From contig CM074807.1 in the NCBI GenBank assembly GCA_037447605.1, positions 3,918,829 to 3,982,828 of the forward strand: a stretch of DNA of 64,000 bases, written 5' to 3'. Within the stretch, counting starts at the first letter, position 1; every line of letters begins with the position of its first letter. The translations under genes and the position numbers were made by a program. Under the pieces are notes generated by a model. The model was not told where the DNA came from. It made no database searches and was given only the letters and a program-made list of their open reading frames with translations. Below are positions 33,700 to 44,331 of the stretch, piece after piece. The stretch is from Zygnema circumcarinatum SAG 698-1b (lineage: Eukaryota; Plantae; Zygnematophyceae).

Positions 33700-34110
33700 G
33701 ACACCTCTCCCTCTCCTCCTCCTCTCTCTTCTCCTTCCCCCTCCCGCTTCTTCGACTGCTCCTCTCCCTCTCCTCCTTCTCCCTCCCGCGTCTTTGACTG
33801 CTCCTCTCCCTCTCCTCCTCTCTCTCTTTTCCTTCCCCCTCCTGCTTATTTGACTGCTCCTCTCCCTCTCCCTCTCCTGCTCTCTCTCTTCTCCTTCTCC
33901 CTCCAGCTTCTTCGACTGCTCCTCTCCCTCTCCTCCTCTCTCCTCTCCTTCCCCCTCCCGCTTCTTCGACTGCTCCTCTCCCTCTCCTCCTCTCACTCTT
34001 CTCCTTCCCACTCCCGCTTATTCGACTGCTTCTCTCCCTCTCCTCCTCTCTCTTCCCCTTTCCTATCCCGCTCCTTCGACTGCTCCTCTCCCTCTCCCTC
34101 TCCTTCAACA
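33700..34110. repeat. CT-rich minisatellite (about 50-60 bp unit, about 7 copies)
   Basis: Recurrent tt(c/t)gactgct(c)ctctccctctcc core. Confidence 0.85.
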
Positions 34111-34480
34111 TCCCCTTTCAGTTTTAAATACAAAGCGAAATATCATCAATGAAACCTTTAAAAAGTGATAAAAGCCACTCACGAGCTGGAAAATAATCTT
34201 GCATTGTGAAAAATTGGCTGCACAATCTACTTCCTTCCAGACTTCCTTCTAAGCCAAACTCCTGTACTCCTTGGAATGTGCTTCTTCTATACATGGGTCA
34301 ACCGAGAACATCAATTTCACACTGTTCTTCCGATCTTATAAGTTGACGAATGAGTGAGTTGATTCAACCCAGCTAGCTGGTTTAACACTACCAAAACTAC
34401 TGACAGAATCAGAGCCATTCTCTAACAATATACTGTACAATTCTTCCTTCTTCCTAATGAGATTTTTTTGGTCCCTCTCT

Positions 34481-35467
34481 CTACTGTTCTCTATCACCTC
34501 CAGACTCTTCATTTGAGGCTAATTGGGGCCATGTGTAATCTACAGAGCGCCTGAAAAAATGAAATTCTTTGCCCGACTTAAAAATGAAGGGATGTGCAGA
34601 AATGAAGGGGCGATGTATGGAGAACGCTCGATGTTATCTCATTTATGGAGTAGCAGAGCTCGGCCTGCACATCCAAACCACTCACGGAAAATGTCAATTC
34701 AATCATTAATAAATTTTCAAAAAATGTTCTCCTAACTTTGAAAAAGCTACAAAACCAACCCAACTGCCCTTGTGTACAAATCAGTTCCCTCTCCATCTCC
34801 CTCTCCCTCTCTCTCTCTCCCTCTCCCTCTCCCAAAAGCCAACCCTTACCCAATAGAGGAAGAGCCTTCTCCCATGCTGCGCAAGCGCAAAACGAGGCCC
34901 CATCCAAAGATAACTTTCGCCGTCACGTCGAGCACTGCATAGCACGCGACCTCCGCATCGACACTGATGGTGTTCGAGCCCTCTCCAAAGCCCCACACGA
35001 CCGGGTAAAGTAGCCATACGAGGATCAAAAGAGTGGCCAGACCGTCGTACAGGGCACCTGCATGAATGAGGGCAGGAAGAGAGAGGGGAGGGAGACGTTA
35101 GTGGGCGTTGGGGAGGGGGAGGAGGGAGGGAGAGAAGGACAGGGAGAGGGAGAGGGAGGGGGAGGAAACGGGTTGGAAATAGTGGGGATAGGAGAGGGGA
35201 GGCGGTGGGGAAGGATGAAGAGGGAGGGGTCATAGAGGAGAGAAAAGAGAGATGGGAAGTCGCGGAAGGAGGGATCAACTATGGACAAAGCATCGAGAGA
35301 GTTTGGGAAGGGGAAGGGGCAGGAGACGACGAGAGAGAAAGTGAGGCAGAACCAGGAGATGCAAGTTGCGTAAATTAGCAAGAGTTTAGGAGACGCAAAA
35401 GAAAAGATTAAAATGACTGTCAGAGAGCTAGAAAGAAAGATACAAAGAAAGAGAGATACAAAGAGAG

Positions 35468-35550
<83 letters not shown>

Positions 35551-36759
35551 CTCACCCGACGCCTTGCTTCGTGCGAACACCTGTCGGCGCACAGAAATGG
35601 CGAGGTCCCAGAATACGAGCACCATGAAGAGGCAGCCGAAGCCGTACCATCCCCACCTCGTGGTTCCCGAGGTGAGCGCCGCGAATAGCCCCGTAAGGAT
35701 CATTCCGACGTCGAAGAAGAGGAGCCGCGCGGTGTGGTCGAAGGAGGGCACTCCCAAAAGGACGAGGTCGAGGAGGAGGAGGGGCGTGGTCAGGGCCCAG
35801 TCCACGTACCGCGCGTACATGAGCTCGCGGTAGGAGGTGCTCCCGGCCACGGGGACAAGGAGGGACCCGCCGCCGGTGGCCTGCAAGGGAAGGGGAGGGG
35901 GAAGGGTGAGGGAGGGGGAGGGGAGGGGAGGGGAGGGGAGGGGAGGGGAGGGAGGGGAGGGGAGGGGAGGGGAGGGGAGGGGAGGGAGGGAGGGGAGGGG
36001 AGGGGGAGGGGAGGGGAGGGGGGGGGAGGGGGGAGGGGAGGGGAGGGGAGGGGGAGGGAAGGGAGATGGGAATGAGAGGACAGCGAGAGGGAGGGAAGGG
36101 CGAGGAGGGGAGAGGAGGTGGAGGGGATGGGGAGAGAGGGAGGGGGAGGGGCGGAGGGAGGGGAGGGAGGGGAGGGAGGGGAGGGGAGGGGAGGGAGGGA
36201 GGGGAGGGGAGGGAGGGGAGGGAGGGGAGGGGAGGGAGGGGAGGGGAGGGAGGGGAGGGGGAGGGAAGGGAGATGGGAATGAGAGGACAGCGAGAGGGAG
36301 GGGAAGGGCGAGGAGGGGAGAGGAGGTGGAGGGGATGGGGAGAGAGGGAGGGGGGAGGGGGCGGAGGGAGGGGGAGGAAGGATGAGGGGGGGAAGAAGAT
36401 AGGGAGGGAGGGAGGAGGGAGGGGGGGGCGTGGAGAAGGGAAGTGAGAGAAGGAGAGAGAGAAGAGGCAGGATCAGCAATTCACCATGGAGTAGTAGGCG
36501 AGGGTAGCGATGGCCAGAATTGCAAATGTGGCATCTGCAACATGAAAAGGACAAAAAAAGGAAGATTGTAAGAAAAAGACAAGAACAAAATCGTCATGGA
36601 GGTGAAGTTGGAGAGAAATAGCAGGGGTTTGCATTACAAAGGCTCTCATAGATGCACCATGTGAGCGGAATTGCTACAACGACCATTTTTTTTTAACTTT
36701 GAAATTGATAGGAAACGAGAGAAAGTAATAGACGAAGGAGGAAGAGTGTGTGAGAGAGA

Positions 36760-36820
<61 letters not shown>

Positions 36821-36974
36821 AGAGAAGCTTACAGTAGTGCATGCGGTCGTCCAGCGGCGCGGAGCCCGGGCGGGAGTATGCCAAGCAGGCCATCGCTATC
36901 GCATTGAACAGAAATATCGCGAACACCACCCACAAGATGATCCGCCCACCCTCGTCCACGGTCTCGAACGCCAT
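34481..36974 (-). CDS. Type-1 (microbial) rhodopsin, bacteriorhodopsin-like DTD proton pump
   Basis: Exons 36974-36833, 36534-36485, 35880-35556, 35057-34850 (or to the stop at 34846) and putative 34550-34481 splice in phase. Helix C YARYVDWALTTPLLLLDL, helix F VWLLYPVVW, helix G LDVTAKVIFG (Schiff-base Lys). Confidence 0.93.
35885..36430. repeat. G-rich (GGGGA)n-type tract with an internal ~110-bp duplication in rhodopsin intron 2
   Basis: Dense G3-G6 runs; duplicated blocks at about 36051-36160 and 36261-36370. Confidence 0.85.
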
Positions 36975-37191
36975 CTCTCCCTCTCTCACTCTCTCTCCTT
37001 TATCTCTCCCCTTTTCTCTCTCTCGCTCCTCTCTCTCTTTCTTTACCCTCTGTCTCTCCTTCTCCCTCTCTCCCTCTTTATTTCTCTTTCTCTCTCTCTC
37101 TCGCTCTCCTTCTCTCCCTCACCCCTCCCTCCGCCTTTAAAGAGCGGCCCAAGCCCCCGACGACCCCATGTCGGTCTGCGCCGCCGACCGA

Positions 37192-37236
37192 GCCACGTGG
37201 CGTGCTCGGGAGTTGCGGCGCCCTGTGTCACGTGGC
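37192..37236 (-). promoter_or_regulatory. G-box/ABRE pair upstream of the rhodopsin
   Basis: GCCACGTGGC (37192-37201) and TCACGTGGC (37228-37236), about 220-260 bp upstream of the ATG. Confidence 0.6.
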
Positions 37237-37780
37237 GTGAGCTTACTCGTTGATGGCGAGTCCCTGTTCGGCGCTCTCTGATTGGTTGGCCCGATTTGGT
37301 CGATGAGACCCATAAGGACCCATCTTGATTTTCACTGGTCTTGTGACGAATAGGAACGGCTCGTTAGACGTGCGAGAAGCTGACTAGGCCTGATGGATAG
37401 ACGGACATTCTAGCCAGTACGATCTGTACTTTATGGTATAATACCGTACATTTACTGTACGAACGATCCATGCTTGCCTTAACTGGGGGCCCGTTAATTG
37501 TCACAGCTTCCTTTTTAGTCTGGTTTAGTCAGTAACCAGCCTTAGTCAAGAGAGATCGTTCAGTCACCACATTCAGTTAGGAATTGTGTACTAAATAGCT
37601 TCCCCCCGCTAGAGAGTTTCTATAGGTTCAACATATCCATGTTATAGTTCGCAGTGACATGTGGTTAAGTGCGACTGGATTTAATTTAGTCAGTTGGCTA
37701 GCTACTCTTGACCAAACATTGCACAACAATGTAATCTGAGATTCTCACACGTGGGCTTACAAACTTCCAGTTTTCATCTC

Positions 37781-37782
37781 CC

Positions 37783-37828
<46 letters not shown>

Positions 37829-37829
37829 T
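37781..37829. repeat. (CCAGTTT)7 heptamer tandem repeat
   Basis: Seven consecutive units, followed by degenerate copies. Confidence 0.95.
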
Positions 37830-37967
37830 TCGGTTTTCAGTTTTCAGTTTGCAGACTCAAACCAGTTTCCAGCCAGAAGCCAGGGCACCTGGTTTTTTTG
37901 GGCATGATAAACCTGGGGGAGATTTTCCACAAGAGCCGCAGAACCTTTTCACAGATCGGACCATTAG

Positions 37968-38810
37968 ACAAACCAGTCGACTGGTTGGCAACCAGTGGTT
38001 GCGGACCGAAACAACCATTCGACTGGTTGCCAACCAGTGGCTCAGGACCGAAACAACCATTCGACTGGTTTGGAACCGGTGAGATGCCGCACGGTTGGCA
38101 ACCATTCGACTGGTTGCCAACCAGTGCCGGTCGAAACAACCATTCATTTGGTTGCGAACCAGTGGCGCAGGACTGAAACAACCATTCGACTGGTTTCCAC
38201 AGACGGTGAATCCAATGGTTGGCAACCATTGAATTTCTGAAATTATGCCTATTTGCAAAAATGGGTCATATGTGTTTTTTTGTGGGTTGCCAACCGTTGA
38301 CAACTAGTGTAACAAGCCTGATGCGTACGGATCCGTACCGTCGAGTCGTATGATTGTACGGGGATTCTGTACGGCCGAACCGTAATAGTTTTCTCCGAAA
38401 CGCCGACGGCATTTTGGTAGCTGTAGCGTTCAGTTCGCTACAACTAGTGATTTAATGGTTGCCAACCATTTGATTAAATGGATATAACCATTCGACTGGT
38501 TGCCAACCAGTGTCGCCGGATCGAAACAACCATTCGACTGGTTGCCAACCAGTGGCATCCACTGGTTCCAAACCAGTCGACTGGTTGCCAACCAGTGGTT
38601 GCGGACCGAAACAACCATTCGACTGGTTGCCAACCAGTGGATGCCACTGGTTGACAACCATTCGACTGGTTTGGAACCAGTGGATGCCACTGGTTGGCAA
38701 CCAGTCGACTGGTTTGGAACCAGTGGATGCCACTGGTTGGCAACCAGTCGACTGGTTGCCAACCAGTAGACGTCCAACCATTGCCATCCAATGGTTGTCC
38801 AATGGTTGCC
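37968..38810. repeat. Two-block palindromic repeat array built from ACTGGTT/AACCAGT half-sites
   Basis: 12 copies of CGACTGGTT; 37971-38040 and 38571-38640 are 70-bp copies with one mismatch. Confidence 0.9.
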
Positions 38811-39298
38811 GATCCACTGGTCCGAACTGTGAACCTTTTCACAAACGCGTAACTGATGACGTCATCAGCGCGAGCCTCGAATGGAAAATATACTACTTTC
38901 AATTTGCGAGATTTCAGGATTTTCCCTCGGGATATTGCCTCAAAAAAAATAAAAAATAAATAAAAAAGGAAAAAAATCGACAAGAATCTCACTAACTTTG
39001 CGCAAAGTGGATAGAAAAGCAAACAGAAATGTTACACTTTTTGCCTCCTCCCTCTCCCTCTCCCTCTCCCTCTCCCTCTCCCTCCCCTCTCCCTCTCCCT
39101 CTCCTCTCCCTCTCCCTCTCCCTCNNNNNNNNNNTCCCTCTCCCTCTCCCTCTCCCTCTCCCTCTCCCTCTCCCTCTCCCTCTCCCCATCCCCATTCAAA
39201 CCCTTCAAAACGTCTACAAACTGCCCGAGTGAGTGCCCGAGTGCAGGCTTGAAGACTCAAAATTTCCAATCTGCCCCTACCCCTAGTCCTAGCCCTCC

Positions 39299-42200
39299 CT
39301 AGCTGTAGCCGTAGCCCCCTCCTCCTCCTCCTCCTCCTCCTCCTCCTCCGTAGCCTCCATACCCTCCCGCAGCGCTGTGAGAAAACCTGCACAAGTAGAA
39401 AAGCCAACCCTAAAAAACATCAGATTAAGTTTTCTTCTTGTCTCTGCCATGCCTCCTGCTCCCTCAAGCAGTGATTTTTCACAGCCTTTGAACAGGGAGT
39501 GGGTATGACAATGAGCTCTTTTATAAGGTTTTAACGAAGCTTATTGAACATTATATATTCCATTATGTTCAGACATACCGGCAATTAGGTCGAAGGCAGC
39601 GCCCAGCCAGGAAATCGCGGCATACCTGCACAGAAATTTTCCACTCCCAAAATCAGGAAAGTAGAAGTATAGGAGTAGGCAGTAGAGACTAAGCATTTGA
39701 AGGAGAGAGAAGAGAAGCTGTGCCAAAACATGGGTTGTCCCTCATGCAACGGAGAGCAGGTTCCATGCAAAAGTCAACGGAACATACCTCCTGATATGAG
39801 TACGGATCACCCGTTCCATGAGAATACCTGTTGCAAGAAAACCCTCAAAATGAGATGTTGTTGTCTCCTTCATTGGACGCAAATAACAAGAAAACAGCAC
39901 AAAAGAAATCTCATACTCTGAGAATCAGGCAGGCAGGCAGGCAGGCAGTAGGAGTTCACCCCTGCTTCTAAGAAGACTTGTCAACAAGAACAGTAGATAC
40001 AAGTAAATCCAATATGGGGAGCGGGAGAGGACAAAGGAAGAGAGAGAAAGGGAGAGAGGAAAAAGGGGCAATATACGGAAGAGAAAGTTGAAAAAAAATG
40101 GTGGGTGCGAAGCATGGGGCAGGGACGGGGTGGGAAAGGACGAGGGAGAGGAAGAGGGAGAGCGACAGGGAGAGGGAAAGTGAGCGCGACAGAGGGAGAG
40201 AGAGATGGGGAAGCAGAATATTTCCAGCACCCTACTCCCACCCCCCACCTGCAAGCTGCTCCACGGTGACATCTCCCCGCGATAAAGTCACGACAAATTT
40301 CCTGCGACTGCTGCGACCCCCCTCCCCACCCCTGCCACTTTCAATCAGTCCTCGCCTGTTCGTTTGACGCAGTAAACGAACGGACCACTATGTCTCCCAG
40401 AGAGAGGGAGAGAGAGAGAGAGACAGAGAGAGAGAGAGAGACAGAGAGAGGCCGACATGTCCCTAGCCGTTAGACGCTCCTGCTGCGCTGCCGCCTCCGC
40501 AAGCGCTGCGAGATCAGAGGCTTAAGCCCTACCTTTAAGCCCCGGAGGATGGAGGGGTCCATCTCTGTCCATCTTTGTTTGGCTCGAATACATCATCCCC
40601 CGAGGTCTGCTCACGTTGACTCAGTTGACTAAGAAGACTCAGTTGACTAAGGGAGCCTCTCTCCAGAGGCCCCCCCCGGTGGTACAGATAGCTACTCACA
40701 CTGACCGACTCTAGCAAGCACTGGGAAGCCACACTGCAGGAGGGAGAGCAAACAGAGAGGGAGAAGGAGAGAAGAAGTTGTACAATAGTTTAGCGCAGAA
40801 CCCCTCCCCTCCCCCCCCCTTCCTCATCCTTTCATTCTTTTCCCCGTTTTTTGGGAAACAAGCAGTGGTCAGGACTATCTTAAAAAACAGCAAACTTTAA
40901 CCAAAGCAGGCACCCTCATGTCTGAACCCACCCTGCAGAGAAAAGGCGAGGCAAAAGTTAGCAAGTGGGAGGCAAAGCCATGCGCTTTTCTACCTCTTCC
41001 TTCCGTTCAAGAAGCCCAGAAGATGACCCCTACTCAGAAATAGTAACTTTTCAGACTCCAAGAAGCTACAAAGAAGCATTGGTTGGATACATACATATGA
41101 ACCTGCTCCGTAATAGCCGAAACCATAGCCGCCGGCCATCCAGGCAGACTGTCACAGAACATAAAACGAACTCGGTCAAATTGAACATGTTTGGACACAT
41201 TAGTCATCCAGAGAGACATCGATGAAAACCCATGAACCGAACTACCGTGCATTCAAAGTGTCCTTAAGACATCGACTATAGCAAAAAGTAGCGAACACAT
41301 CAATTCCTTTCTAGAAAATCTCGTTTTCGCCAAGAAGCTCTCTTCCATGACAACTAGAGAGTTACTGTCATATTACATTTTTGGAAACTAGCAGTCCTGT
41401 ATTCATCATTGTGCGCAAGAACAAGTGCCTTTGAGCTACTTAAAAAATGTTCCCGACACAGCTACAGACTCGAAAAACTCATTCTCAACCAAAAAGAAAA
41501 AAACTAATCGACCTTGACAAAGAGCCACACACGTCATGCATTCCTCCAGAAACTTTACAAACCCCATTTCACACGTTCAACACTCTTAAAGAATAATCAC
41601 TCACCTGGTCCCAGGATGATGCAGGATGCATCATTCCTGGTGCTCCATACGCTCCATATGCAGAATACCCATTAGGGTCCGCTGCATATGCAGCATAGAC
41701 ATTAGCATCATATGAATTCGGACCATAGCTCCCATACCCATTAGGGTCGGCAGCATAGGCTCCCTCCTCTCCCCCATACTGCTGCCCCCATGAGCCCCCC
41801 TCCAGAGGCAGGGGTACCTCCTCATAATCCTCGTCGTCCTCCTCCTCCTCCTCTGCCTCCTCTTCTCCTCTCTCTTCTCTCTCACTCTTCTGCTCTCCTT
41901 CTTCTCGCCGTCCCCCTCTACCAGCTGGACTCCTGCTGCGGCTGCGACCCCTCCCGGCTTTCTTTTTCCGTGGCGACAGCTGTCGCTCGCCTGCAGCATC
42001 AGCGTGTCTGCCGTTTTCCGTGCGAGTTCCCTCTTCAGCAGAACTGCTTCCAGAAGCTGCTGCCGCTGCGGCAGCCATGGCTTCCCCAATGGAAGAAATT
42101 GAGAGAGGAACAACACCCGGAAGTAAGGGAGGTGGAGGAGGGAGCGGAAGGTTCTCTATTTCCTCTGTCGCAGCTGTGGGAGTGGGAGAAGTCTGGTTCC

Positions 42201-42681
42201 CACCTGGCACTACCACTGCTGCATTTTCAATACCAGGAGGAGCTTCAAAAGGAGAAGGAGCCTGATCACCATATTCAGCTCTCTCATACCCTTCTGCCTG
42301 ACCTCCATACGCAGCAGAATGGTAGCCAGCAGCACCTCCATGCTCATATCCCTCATACCCCTCCTGGCCATTGCCTCCCCCTGCATAGCCTGCAGCTTCC
42401 CCTACTCCATAGCCTTCTGCTCCTTCACCGTAGCTGCTATGGCCGGCATCGTAGCTGTCTCCATAGCCAGCTCCATTGCTTTCATTGAAGGAGCCGTTGT
42501 ATGCAGAAGGAGGAGCGGGCGAGCGAGAGGGAGAAGAAGCAGACTGTAATGCCTCGTCTTGTTCCGCCTGCTGCTCAGCTGCATACGCATCCTCAGTGTA
42601 AGCAGCGGCTTCAGCGGCAATGGCTTCATCACTCGCATGCTCTGCTTCAGTGGAAGCAGCCTTCGCCTCGTCGTTAGCCAT
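39299..42681 (-). CDS. Tandem CCCH zinc-finger (probable RNA-binding) protein with a long acidic, Gly/Tyr/Pro-rich N-terminus
   Basis: Large first exon (42681 to about 41605); small 3' exons splice to ICRDFIAGRCHRGAACRYSH (C-x7-C-x5-C-x3-H) and VCRDFLAGRCLRPNCRFSH (C-x7-C-x4-C-x3-H), then a GGY tail. Middle exons uncertain. Confidence 0.75.
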
Positions 42682-44331
42682 GGCTCCTCCTGAACACTTC
42701 GAAAGGACCGCCGCTTGCAACCGGGGAGGGAGGGAAAGGAAGCTGCTCAAAAAATACCCCTTTTTTCTAACCTTCTGTTCTGTTCCTAAGGACTACTGGA
42801 AAGCATGGGGATGGAGGGAGAGGGAGCTGGGGGAGGGAGAGGACCAACCCTAATATGATGAGGAGCGGCTCAGCCCTAAATAAGGGACTTATTGTGGAGT
42901 ATCCACCAATAATGGCGTGCCACGTGTACACAATTTTGAGTAAGTGAATCGTGTCAATCTAAATTTTTAGACATTTCACGAAGGAAAATAAAATCAAAAA
43001 TCAAAATCAGTACATACATTGCGTAATATAGTATTTAAGTTGTAACTTACAGAGTATTGGGTTCTTAAATAAATCTTGAAATTCACACGGACACGGACTT
43101 CTGAAGTTTAGTTGAGCCAAGTTGTTGATCTTGATTCCTTGAGTGGATCTGCCGATCCACTTGTTTCAGCTGCTGCCTCCGTGGCTCCCTCCGCAGGCAG
43201 TCAGTGCCCTCTGCCCCGCCTCGTCCTGCATTCGAACATTTCTCACCCAATTTTTTTTTTTTCAGTAAATCCACTCACTAATTTTCTCTCCAGAGAGTAA
43301 TTCTATCTCAAGAACAATTCCTCCTCTTTTTTCATAAATTTCTCATATTATTTTCCACGAAAAAATGGCAGTGATGCAGTTCCGACCTACGAGCCGCAAG
43401 GCGCGTTTATGCTCTCCCTGTTTCTGTGCTTTTAATTTTTTTTTGATAAATTTTCAATGTGGGTCGGCTCAAGCCCCAACATTTACTCAACTTTTGATCG
43501 GAGCAAATGACATTTGCTTGGGCCCCTTCATCCTAAAAATTTGAAAACCCTAAAAAGTGCAGCTGGAAAACTCCTGTGGAAAGACGAGGAATTGGGTTCT
43601 GATTTATTTCTGAATCAGTTGTAAACGCGTGTTTTGGCATGCAGGCTTTCTCTTTATTCAAACCGGTGCATGCCCACAAGTGGGTATGGAGATGGGGTCT
43701 CCGATTCCAAGAGTTGGGTCCGCAATTGAATTCTTGCAGTAAGTTTTTCGTCTCTTTAAACATCATTTAAACCCCATTATTCCAATTCATGGGGTGCGTT
43801 CTTAACAGCCGGGAGTCAGAGAACCAGAATTTATGCAGGAACCATAAACGAGGAATCATGGAGATTTACGAACTTGGCCTGTCCTCGTCAAGATTATCGG
43901 AATGTTATTTTTAGGGCTCTTTTCTAGACTAGGCCATTCGATTTTTGTAAGCGGTTGCTTCAGGGAATGTTACAGTTGTCTTTATGCTCTCGCACCACCT
44001 GTCCGTCTTTCCCTCCCTTTCCCTCATTATCTCCCTCTCGCACTCCCTCTCCCACTCCCTCTCCCTCCCTTTCTTGTTTCCTCGCCCACCTTCTCTCTCT
44101 TTTGCAATTCCTCTCCCCCTTCCTCATCTCCCTCCCTTAAGCAGTCCCGGGTATCTCCCTCTCCCTCTCCCTCTCCCTCTCCCTCTCTCTCCCTTCCTCA
44201 CACCCTCCTTTTCAACGGCTCAAATAGCTCCGCTTGTCCGTCTTCCATGGCCCACGGCTGCCGCCCCATCCATCCTGCTGGCTCGCAGATGATGGACTTG
44301 GACACATGCCCCCCTTCATGCAGACCATGTG

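Noticed and set aside
34481-36974. Rhodopsin as bacterial, archaeal or fungal contamination
   Set aside because: Spliceosomal introns carry the same CT/GA tracts as neighbouring plant genes, and no gap lies within the gene or its promoter. Long-read linkage is still worth confirming.
37655-37710. tRNA-like A-box (GTGGTTAAG) with a weak stem
   Set aside because: No B-box or T-arm and no acceptor stem.
37968-38810. CRISPR-like appearance of the repeat array
   Set aside because: Inter-repeat segments are about 10 bp and related to each other rather than unique spacers; no cas genes; eukaryotic context.
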